The notes under the pieces are model-generated. The model searched no databases and was not told where the DNA came from. It worked only from the letters and a program-made list of their open reading frames with translations. Below, piece after piece: positions 8,930 to 16,392 of a DNA stretch of 64,000 nucleotides. Source of the stretch: Bacteroidaceae bacterium (GTDB lineage Bacteria; Bacteroidota; Bacteroidia; Bacteroidales; Bacteroidaceae); assembly GCA_017464345.1 (NCBI GenBank), contig JAFUAH010000004.1, forward strand, positions 1,269-65,268, read 5' to 3'. Numbering within the stretch: the first letter of the stretch is position 1; the number at the start of each line of letters is the position of its first letter. A program made the translations under genes and the position numbers.

Positions 8930-10157
8930 TGAAACCGTATGCACGGCCCGTTCCGTTTCCACCTCTTGCCCAGTCAGAGGACTGTGATACCAACGTGTCA
9001 TATTCGGATTCTTCAAGAATGTACAACTTGTATTTATCGGCTCGACCAATCCTCTCGAATACGAGAATCTTATGCATGAATCCACCGGGCAGCCCCAATC
9101 TAGGCTTGGAAATATCTGTCAGTTTCTCTTTTCCTATAGTTTCCCCCTTTAGTTGTATTCGCCAATTACTATTGTCAGTAGCATATAGAATCGTATTATT
9201 CTTGTAGGCCTTCCCATTATAGACTAAAGTGATGTCCTTGGTCTGGGCATGATTATCCTTGTCGATACCAAAGAACTCCACAGAGCCAGGTTTCTTCACA
9301 CCATTAAGTTTTCCTTTTGCCGAAAGGTCAAGTATGTTTCTTGAGCCTCCTGTCATCCTTTTTGTCTCTATCCACATACTTTCTCCCGCCAACTCTATGG
9401 ATGCCGTATGATATTTGATGTCGCTATTGGTTGGCTCCAACACTTCTGCCCTTACTCTCTTATTGGTACTTTTCCTAAGTCCTCTTCTTTTAATTTCTCC
9501 AAATGTATCTTTCAGTTTCTTAATATCAGAAAGAGACGTGGTAGTCAGTTTTCTTAATTGTTCATTAGTGAATACTCTTGTTGTTTTCTCTGGAAGTACA
9601 ATTTTTGCATTGACAAGCGTGAGCAGAACTTTCTCTGTCAGTTCTTTGCATGAAGTAGCCTCTCCATTAAGGAAACTATTGTAATAGTCGAAGATATCCG
9701 ATAATAGTTCCCGCCCATTTGTATCGTCTTTTTCATAAATATTTTCCACACAGATGGAGGCTTCCACATTTTGGAACAGACCTGATGTCGTGAGATTGGA
9801 AGAGCCAACAATAATGAAGTATTGTGCATTTCCCTCAAACGTGTATATTTTAGGATGATAAACAACCTTGTTGGGGGAATATACGATATAGGTAGGGATG
9901 CGTTCTGCCATCAGCAATTCAAGCGCCTCCTTGGATGTGGCATGCAAATTGACACCTATATATAATCGAACCTTACCGCCACGCTGAATGAACTTCTTCA
10001 AATTAGGAAGAATCTGCTTGACACCACCAGCACTGACAAAAGCCACAAATGCAGAAAAGTCCAGGTAGTCTGCACGCTCAAGAATCTCATTGATAACATC
10101 CCCAGCAGGTTTATCACCTGGTAAAGACAAACCTTGTCCAATGAATTTAACATCCAT
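8910..10157 (-). CDS. PLD-superfamily (single HKD) nuclease with unassigned C-terminal domain; candidate restriction endonuclease (BfiI/NgoFVII-like)
   Basis: The N-terminal domain has VVYHPKIYTF...IIVGSSNLTTSGL (HxK...GSxN). About 190 C-terminal residues carry no motif I recognise. The 3' end overlaps the convergent methylase gene by 20 nt. Confidence 0.7.
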   Translation of the reverse strand: MDVKFIGQGLSLPGDKPAGDVINEILERADYLDFSAFVAFVSAGGVKQILPNLKKFIQRGGKVRLYIGVNLHATSKEALELLMAERIPTYIVYSPNKVVYHPKIYTFEGNAQYFIIVGSSNLTTSGLFQNVEASICVENIYEKDDTNGRELLSDIFDYYNSFLNGEATSCKELTEKVLLTLVNAKIVLPEKTTRVFTNEQLRKLTTTSLSDIKKLKDTFGEIKRRGLRKSTNKRVRAEVLEPTNSDIKYHTASIELAGESMWIETKRMTGGSRNILDLSAKGKLNGVKKPGSVEFFGIDKDNHAQTKDITLVYNGKAYKNNTILYATDNSNWRIQLKGETIGKEKLTDISKPRLGLPGGFMHKILVFERIGRADKYKLYILEESEYDTLVSQSSDWARGGNGTGRAYGFIKPLDE

Positions 10158-10263
10158 ACTCTATCACTTTCTCCAATAATATAAACATATTGATTCTTAT
10201 GTGCAAAAATACAAAAAAAATTGGATAGTAAAGAATGTGCTATGCAGAAATGCAAAATACTAT

Positions 10264-10383
10264 CTAAAAATGTGCAATCAGAGGCGCGTCATGGTCGCAC
10301 CGCCCACTTATGAACTTGCTCATGGCCTGGGGCGAGACACCAATCCGCCGGGCCAAAGCCGTTGCACTTACGTTTTTTCCCAC
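10264..10383 (-). pseudogene. Truncated copy of the XRE HTH gene (inside the right direct repeat)
   Basis: Hand translation gives (V)GKNVSATALARRIGVSPQAMSKFISGRCD, then divergent HDAPLIAHF*. It has the same A6 tract and the same upstream short frame as the left copy. Confidence 0.6.
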
Positions 10384-10470
10384 ATCACGCTCAGCAGTTG
10401 TAACTGCGATTCGTACTGTCTTGTTTTTGCTTTCATTACTTTTGTTACGATTAAAAAATTAGACAAAATA
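10293..10470. repeat. Right copy of 178-bp direct repeat
   Basis: See 3341-3518. Confidence 0.9.
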
Positions 10471-10516
10471 GGTATGGAAATGCCTGTGCAAGCACAGACA
10501 TTATGATTGAAATAAT

Positions 10517-10555
10517 TTGGGAGTGCAAAGATTTTGAAAATCTCGGCACTCCCAA
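10517..10555. terminator. Nested hairpin (TTGGGAGTGC...GCACTCCCAA with inner GATTTT-G-AAAATC)
   Basis: Perfect 10-bp outer arms read directly from the sequence. It lies at the right boundary of the mobile region. Confidence 0.4.
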
Positions 10556-10626
10556 GCGATTCCTAATAGTTTTATTCCTCACAGAAGTCTTCCTTGCCAA
10601 CACCGTAAGGGGGAATGTGTTAATAA

Positions 10627-10770
10627 TTATGCTATTGCCTTGGCAAATTCCCATCCGTAATCCCTGTAGTCATCAAGTGTAGTAGTATCAGGCACCCAGA
10701 GTTTGCCAATGCCGTCGTTCACCAGTTCAAAGCCAGCCTCGGCGAGTTTGAGGCTAATCTGCTTTGCCAT
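10627..10770 (-). CDS. Possible 47-aa small protein coupled to the cupin gene
   Basis: Hand translation gives MAKQISLKLAEAGFELVNDGIGKLWVPDTTTLDDYRDYGWEFAKAIA*. Its ATG overlaps the cupin stop (TAATG). It is below the ORF-track length cutoff. Confidence 0.3.
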   Translation of the reverse strand: MAKQISLKLAEAGFELVNDGIGKLWVPDTTTLDDYRDYGWEFAKAIA

Positions 10771-11126
10771 TATGCTTTCTCGAATTTAACTTTCTGGCTG
10801 ATGTCGTCTTTTATCATCGTGATAATCATCTTGAACGGCTCCACGGCATTGACGGCATGAGGCGCATTGGCGGGGATGATGAATGTCTGGCCTGCTTCCA
10901 GAGTGTGGGCCGTGCCGCTGACGGAAATCTCCATCAGTCCGTCGATGATTTGCAGCACAGCATCAAACGGAGCCGAGTGCTCAGATAGTTGCTGACCCTT
11001 GTCGAAGGAGAACAGCGTGACGCTGCCACCCTCGGTGTGAATGAACTCTTTTGAAACGATGCCACCCTCGGCATAGTCAATTGCTTCGTTGGCTATGAAA
11101 GCCTTTCCTTTTTCTATTGTTGCCAT
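10770..11126 (-). CDS. Cupin-domain protein
   Basis: 118 aa. The pattern G..L.EHSAPFDAVLQIIDG...G....L.AGQ..IIPAN.PHA is typical of cupin_2. Confidence 0.7.
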   Translation of the reverse strand: MATIEKGKAFIANEAIDYAEGGIVSKEFIHTEGGSVTLFSFDKGQQLSEHSAPFDAVLQIIDGLMEISVSGTAHTLEAGQTFIIPANAPHAVNAVEPFKMIITMIKDDISQKVKFEKA

Positions 11127-11283
11127 AGTCTTCAGTATTTATACCTTGTCATCAACAAACCCGCAAAGACCGTGCCAGACGAAAAGTTGGAAACATTTGT
11201 GTCCACTCTGAAGAATCATGTAGGCTGAGCAGGCGATAATTTGGCAGAATTTTGTATCTTTGCGGCAAAATTCAACTGACAAG

Positions 11284-11970
11284 ATGGAAACAAAAGTGAC
11301 CAAGGCATTGTTGCTATGCCCTCTTTTCGAGGGGTTGACGGCAGACGAGATAGAACAGGCGATGTCAGCCGTCAACTATCGACTGGTACATTTCGACAAG
11401 AACGATGTCTATGTGCTGGCAGGCTTTCCTTGTCGCTATGCGGATATTATCGTGGAGGGCGAGTTGACTGCCCGTATGGTAGGCCCTTCCGGTAAGTTTG
11501 TACAGATGGCGACTCGCACCATGGGCAACCTATTGGCACCCGCTTTTATCTTCTCGAAAGACAATAGGATGCCCGTGAGCATTGAGACCAATTCGTCCAC
11601 CATCGTTCTGCGCATGTCTCCCGATGAATTACTGCAACTGATGAAGTCAGACGACCGCATCCATCTGAATTTCATTCGCCAGCTGTCGGCTGTAGGCCAG
11701 TTCCTTGCCAGGAAAGTGCGGATGCTTACCCTCCACACCGTTCGGGAAAAGGTGGCCATCTTCCTGCTTGAAGAAGCCAAGAAGTGCGGTTCCGATAGTT
11801 TCACCCTGAAGAAATCCCGTCAGGAGATTGCTGACAGTTTTGCCATTCAGAAGTTCTCCCTGCAGCGTTGCCTTAATGAGTTGGTAGCAGAGGGAACCAT
11901 CTTGTTAGATGGCAAGCATATAATCATTATAGACAAACAGAAATTAATGTCATTTGGGGCGGTTCCCTAA
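11284..11970 (+). CDS. Crp/Fnr-family transcriptional regulator
   Basis: A cNMP-binding-like N-terminus plus a C-terminal HTH (SRQEIADSFAIQKFSLQRCLNELVAEG). TATCTTTG at 11255-11262 supports the ATG at 11284. Confidence 0.75.
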   Translation: METKVTKALLLCPLFEGLTADEIEQAMSAVNYRLVHFDKNDVYVLAGFPCRYADIIVEGELTARMVGPSGKFVQMATRTMGNLLAPAFIFSKDNRMPVSIETNSSTIVLRMSPDELLQLMKSDDRIHLNFIRQLSAVGQFLARKVRMLTLHTVREKVAIFLLEEAKKCGSDSFTLKKSRQEIADSFAIQKFSLQRCLNELVAEGTILLDGKHIIIIDKQKLMSFGAVP

Positions 11971-12165
11971 TGCACATTATATCACGGCCAACCTCGAAGA
12001 AGTTGCTGGCACCTATCTCTCCCGGCAGGGAATATATCATTGTTTTCTGATAAACCGCTATAATCCACAAATATTTGACCCAAAGAACGCAACATTCCTG
12101 CGAATTATTTGGTTTATAACATAAACTTCTTTATCTTTGCATGGTAATAATTCATCATATACGAT

Positions 12166-12819
12166 ATGGCAATGGAAGATAAGGAAAAAGAGTTGACTCC
12201 GCAGGAGTCGATAGAGGTTATGCAGCGCATGGTGCGCCAGGCAGAAGCGACGGCACACTTCACGGGACAGCCGTTCCTGACGGCCGGTGTTTGCTTCGTC
12301 GTCACGTTTCTCACGATGGCTGTGCTTTATGCGGTGTGGCCCGAACGAAACTGGACGTGGGTTTTGTTTCTGTACGTCGTCCTGCACTTCGTCTTTTGGC
12401 ATCGTTCCCTGCCCAAAAAGGGCTCCCCACAGACGCTGGCCGAGCGGGTGATTGGCGAAGTGTGGAGTACAGGCGAGGGCATGATATTTGGCACCATCCT
12501 GTTTGGCTGCCTTGGTATCAATGAGCATAACTGGCTTGTGCCGCCCATCCTCCTGCTGTTTGTGACCACCATTGTCTGCAATTCCAGTTACACCAACGAT
12601 GACGAGTGGGGCTATCGCCTATCTACCATCGGCATAATTGGTGCCTTGGGTATCATCTTCAACGGAACGCGCTGGACGGTAATGACTTGGGGTGCTTGCC
12701 TCTACTATGCCGTGCTGTTTGCCGTCGTCCTCTTGGGCACGGGCTGGCGCTGGACGTATCTGGCCAAGCATCCCGAGAAACGGAAAACTATGGTGATAGA
12801 CGTGGACGACGATGAGTGA
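12166..12819 (+). CDS. Multi-pass membrane protein of unknown function
   Basis: Several hydrophobic helices. The ORF overlaps the downstream regulator gene by 8 nt. Confidence 0.6.
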   Translation: MAMEDKEKELTPQESIEVMQRMVRQAEATAHFTGQPFLTAGVCFVVTFLTMAVLYAVWPERNWTWVLFLYVVLHFVFWHRSLPKKGSPQTLAERVIGEVWSTGEGMIFGTILFGCLGINEHNWLVPPILLLFVTTIVCNSSYTNDDEWGYRLSTIGIIGALGIIFNGTRWTVMTWGACLYYAVLFAVVLLGTGWRWTYLAKHPEKRKTMVIDVDDDE

Positions 12820-13234
12820 CCAGCCAAGAACATTCCAACCGCTCGACCCGTTGCTGCACGCCGAACTCCGGCTGGCCGTCGTGTCGCTGCTCATCAGCGT
12901 GGGAGAGGCCGAATTCCCCTATATAAAGGAGAAGACGGGAGCCACGGCGGGCAACCTCAGCGTGCAGATAGACAAACTCTCGGCGGCAGGTTACATCGAG
13001 GTCGAAAAGACCTTCAAGGGCAAGAAGCCCTGCACCCGTTGCCGCATTACGCCCACAGGGCTGAAAGCCTTTGAGGCATACGTCGATGCACTGAAAACTT
13101 ACCTTGAAGTAAACGAGGTCGAAAAGACCTTCAAGGGCAAGAAGCCCTGCACCCGTTGCCGCATTACGCCCACAGGGCTGAAAGCCTTTGAGGCATACGT
13201 CGATGCACTGAAAACTTACCTTGAAGTAAAGTAA
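12812..13234 (+). CDS. Winged-helix regulator (HTH_34-like) with duplicated C-terminal 39 residues
   Basis: LDPLLHAELRLAVVSLL....EFPYIKEKTGATAGNLSVQIDKLSAAGYIEVEKTFKGKKPCT matches the HTH_34 pattern. The C-terminal wing and helix occur twice. Confidence 0.75.
   Translation: MSDQPRTFQPLDPLLHAELRLAVVSLLISVGEAEFPYIKEKTGATAGNLSVQIDKLSAAGYIEVEKTFKGKKPCTRCRITPTGLKAFEAYVDALKTYLEVNEVEKTFKGKKPCTRCRITPTGLKAFEAYVDALKTYLEVK
12997..13230. repeat. Perfect 117-bp tandem duplication (2 units) inside the regulator CDS
   Basis: Units 12997-13113 and 13114-13230 are identical by direct comparison. Confidence 0.9.
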
Positions 13235-13279
13235 TATGAAAAGTTTTTAGTACCTTTGTAACGAATAATCAGATAAACC

Positions 13280-14845
13280 ATGAAAAGACTATTTACATTG
13301 ATTATGCTGTTGTGTGCCATGAGCATGCAGGCAGAGACGGCGAAGCCCCGACTGGTGGTGGGCATTATGGTGGACCAGATGCGATGGGACTACCTGGAGC
13401 GGTACAAGGACCGTTACTGCGAGGGCGGATTCCGACGGATGATGGACGAGGGATACAACTGTACGCGCTGCCTGATAAACTACATCCCGGCCGTGACGGC
13501 AGTGGGCCATACGTCGGTCTATACGGGTTCGGTGCCCGCCTTCCACGGCATCACGAACAACTATTTCTATGTAGATGGGAAGGGCACATCGGCCCCCTAC
13601 GACGAAGATATGGCAACCGTGGGCAGCGAGACGAAGGCTGGCAAGCGGTCGCCCCACCTGATGATGGGCACGACGATGGGCGACGAACTGCGCATGGCCA
13701 CAAACTTCCGTTCGAAGGTCATCGGTGTGGCCATCAAGGACCGGGCCTCCATCCTGCCCGCCGGCCATTCGGCAAATGCCGCTTACTGGCTCGACGACAC
13801 GGACGACCGTTTCATCACCAGCACATACTACATGAAGGAACTGCCCCAGTGGGTGGTGGATTTCAACAAACACAACAAGAGCAAGGAATACATGAAGCGC
13901 GACTGGCCCGCGAAGATGATGTACCCCGAGGACACCTACGTGCAGAGCCATCCACGCGACACGCGCATTGAGCACACCGTGGGCAAGGACATCCGCTCAA
14001 CGCCCTGGGGAGCCACATTGACGCTGGACATGGCCCGTGCTGCCGTGGAGGGCGAACAACTGGGCAGCGACGAGTTCACCGACATGCTCTGCGTCAGCAT
14101 CTCCTCCACCGATGCCATTGCCCACCGCGTGGGATGCAACTCGCAGTACATCGAGGATGCCATGCTCTGGCTCGACCACGACCTGGAGGCCTTCTTCACC
14201 TTCCTCGACAAGCAGGTGGGCAAGGGACAGTGGACGGCCTTCCTGACCGCCGACCACGCCGGTAGCCACAACCTGCAGTGGCGCATGGACCACAAGATAC
14301 CCGCCCAGGTGTGGGAATCGACACAAGTCGTAAAGGACCTGAACCAGAAAATCGCCGATGAAACGGGCGTTACGGAAAACGTCGTGAAGAACATCGCCAG
14401 TTTCAAGGTGCTGCTGGATGAGGCCATTATCCGTGAGAAAGGTCTCGACCGCAATCGCGTGGCCGACATCGTCACCGGACACCTGCGCCAATTGTCGTGG
14501 GTAGAGTACGCCTACGACGTGGAGCGCATTCCCGACTACATCCCCGAGCCTCTGCGCACGATGACGCGCAACGGATATTACCCCGGCCGCACGGGGCAGA
14601 TACAGATTATCCCCACGGGCGGCGTGATGGAAGCCTTCAGTTACGGAGAGGGACAGAACCTGAAGGGTGCCAGCCACATGCTCTGGGGCCCCGACGACAC
14701 GCACATACCCCTCGTATTCGTGGGCTGCGGCGTGCCGAAGGGCGAGAACCACCACACGGTGCACATTACCGACATCGCCGCCACCATCTGCTCACTGCTG
14801 CGCATCCAACAGCCTTCGGCCTGCGTCGGCGAACCGATATTCTGA
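13280..14845 (+). CDS. Alkaline phosphatase / nucleotide pyrophosphatase family protein (PafA-like), secreted
   Basis: Signal peptide MKRLFTLIMLLCAMSMQA. Motifs are VVGIMVDQMRWDY, TAVGHTSVYTG and LTADHAG. TACCTTTG at 13250-13257 lies upstream. Confidence 0.8.
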   Translation: MKRLFTLIMLLCAMSMQAETAKPRLVVGIMVDQMRWDYLERYKDRYCEGGFRRMMDEGYNCTRCLINYIPAVTAVGHTSVYTGSVPAFHGITNNYFYVDGKGTSAPYDEDMATVGSETKAGKRSPHLMMGTTMGDELRMATNFRSKVIGVAIKDRASILPAGHSANAAYWLDDTDDRFITSTYYMKELPQWVVDFNKHNKSKEYMKRDWPAKMMYPEDTYVQSHPRDTRIEHTVGKDIRSTPWGATLTLDMARAAVEGEQLGSDEFTDMLCVSISSTDAIAHRVGCNSQYIEDAMLWLDHDLEAFFTFLDKQVGKGQWTAFLTADHAGSHNLQWRMDHKIPAQVWESTQVVKDLNQKIADETGVTENVVKNIASFKVLLDEAIIREKGLDRNRVADIVTGHLRQLSWVEYAYDVERIPDYIPEPLRTMTRNGYYPGRTGQIQIIPTGGVMEAFSYGEGQNLKGASHMLWGPDDTHIPLVFVGCGVPKGENHHTVHITDIAATICSLLRIQQPSACVGEPIF

Positions 14846-14890
14846 GGATATTTTCTTTAACCACGAATTACAGGAATCATATTTTCTTTC

Positions 14891-14983
14891 TTAACTACGA
14901 ATTACACGAATTTTACGAATTATTGCCTTCGGCGTTATTTGAGGGCGTAGCCAATTCGTAAAATTCGTGTAATTCGTAGTTAA
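14891..14983. terminator. Perfect 31-bp-arm inverted repeat between convergent genes; loop carries TTGCCTTCGGCGT...GGCGTAGCC
   Basis: Arms 14891-14921 and 14953-14983 are exact reverse complements, read directly. Confidence 0.6.
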
Positions 14984-15002
14984 AAATATTATTAATTAAT
15001 GT

Positions 15003-16184
15003 CTATTTCAGTATCTCCGTCAGCAGTGCCTTGACGTGTCCGGGCACCACGATGTGGTGGTTGCCAATCGGGTCGGTCAGGAAGTACTGCATCAGTGACG
15101 GGTCGTCCAACCGTATCACCTGTTGCGTACGGCAGAGGTTCGGGCGCGCCTCGTTTCGGAGCAGGGTGCCCTCGGCGACGAAGTGCCGACGGAGGTCGCC
15201 CGAGACCTTGAAGAGCGTGACGTCGCCCTCGCGCATGTAGCCCCGTATGCCCACGCCGATGCCCGACTCGAAGTGCGTGTCCAATTCGTAGCGCTCCACC
15301 ATGTCGAGGGGGATGGTGCAGTGGGCGAGCGTCATCTCTCCCTGCTCGGGGTCGATGCGGGCCGGATTGGCCTGGAAGCCCGATACGCCCGTCAGCGAGC
15401 GGACAATCATCATCGACAGCATGGCGGGCACGTCGCCCTCGCATCCGGCCACCAGCCCCATTCCCGAACTTTGTTCGCCTACCCGTAGCCCCTGGCTGTT
15501 CAGTCGGGCCAAGGCCAGGCACCCCGTATTGTGGACAGCCGACAGGAGGTCGAAGCACCGAATCGTGAAGCCCTGTAGGCGGTTGTCCTCGGTCACGCGC
15601 TTCAGCGCCTCGTATATCTTTTCGGCGCCCGGCAGACCAGCCTCCACCTCGCCCGGCAGGGCTTGCAGCACCTCGTCCATCGGTATGTCGATGAGTTCTA
15701 TGCCCAAGCGTCGGCGCACCTCGTCGCGGTCGGCATGGCTCGATATCAGCCAGTCGCTGGGCTGCCCGATGATGCCCAGCCGTGCGCCCCGGAGTTGCCG
15801 TTTGGCCAGTGCCACGCGCTCCAGCACGTCGATGCGCCGACGGACGTACTCGGCCGTTCCGTGCAGAATCTCCCCTTGCAGCCCCTGCTGGCGCAGATAG
15901 GAAAGAATCTCCATCGAAGCCGCCAGCGAATTGCTGGTGCCCGACGTGAGCAGGTAGAACGGCCCGCCCGCCTTCTGCAACTGGGGCAGCAAGGTCTTGA
16001 AAATGCCCTCCGTACCGCCCGTGCGCACATAAATCAGACTCAGCACCGACTGCCCGTAATCGGCATAGTCGGCACCCTTCATTTCATACTCGATGCCCAG
16101 CGAACTCAGGAACTCGCGGGTACTGGCAGCCACGGCCTCCTCGTCGTGCAACTGCGATGTCAGTGTATAGATAGCAATATTCAT
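15003..16184 (-). CDS. L-fucose/L-arabinose isomerase-like family protein
   Basis: The architecture resembles the fucose-isomerase family by eye. TACCTTTG (16189-16196, minus) lies 4 nt upstream of the ATG at 16184, so the longer ORF to 16283 is unlikely. Confidence 0.6.
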   Translation of the reverse strand: MNIAIYTLTSQLHDEEAVAASTREFLSSLGIEYEMKGADYADYGQSVLSLIYVRTGGTEGIFKTLLPQLQKAGGPFYLLTSGTSNSLAASMEILSYLRQQGLQGEILHGTAEYVRRRIDVLERVALAKRQLRGARLGIIGQPSDWLISSHADRDEVRRRLGIELIDIPMDEVLQALPGEVEAGLPGAEKIYEALKRVTEDNRLQGFTIRCFDLLSAVHNTGCLALARLNSQGLRVGEQSSGMGLVAGCEGDVPAMLSMMIVRSLTGVSGFQANPARIDPEQGEMTLAHCTIPLDMVERYELDTHFESGIGVGIRGYMREGDVTLFKVSGDLRRHFVAEGTLLRNEARPNLCRTQQVIRLDDPSLMQYFLTDPIGNHHIVVPGHVKALLTEILK

Positions 16185-16392
16185 GCTCCAAAGGTACGAA
16201 TAAGCGAGCGATTTCCCAAATATATTTGAGGAAATCCGTAATCGGACGGCCAAAGGCCTACGCTTGCGTAGTTTACGGAGCAAGAACGGCAGTACCTAAG
16301 ACCGAAGGTCAAAGGTACGAATATTTTTTTTATATCCTCACCCTTCTTCTTGAAAACTTTTGTTACCTTTGCCTTATAAATGCTACTAACGA

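Larger units (their letters stand above)
3341..10470. mobile_element. R-M-like gene cassette bracketed by 178-bp direct repeats
   Basis: Direct repeats lie at both ends. The interior is visibly AT-richer than the flanks. The content is four functionally linked genes. Confidence 0.5.
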
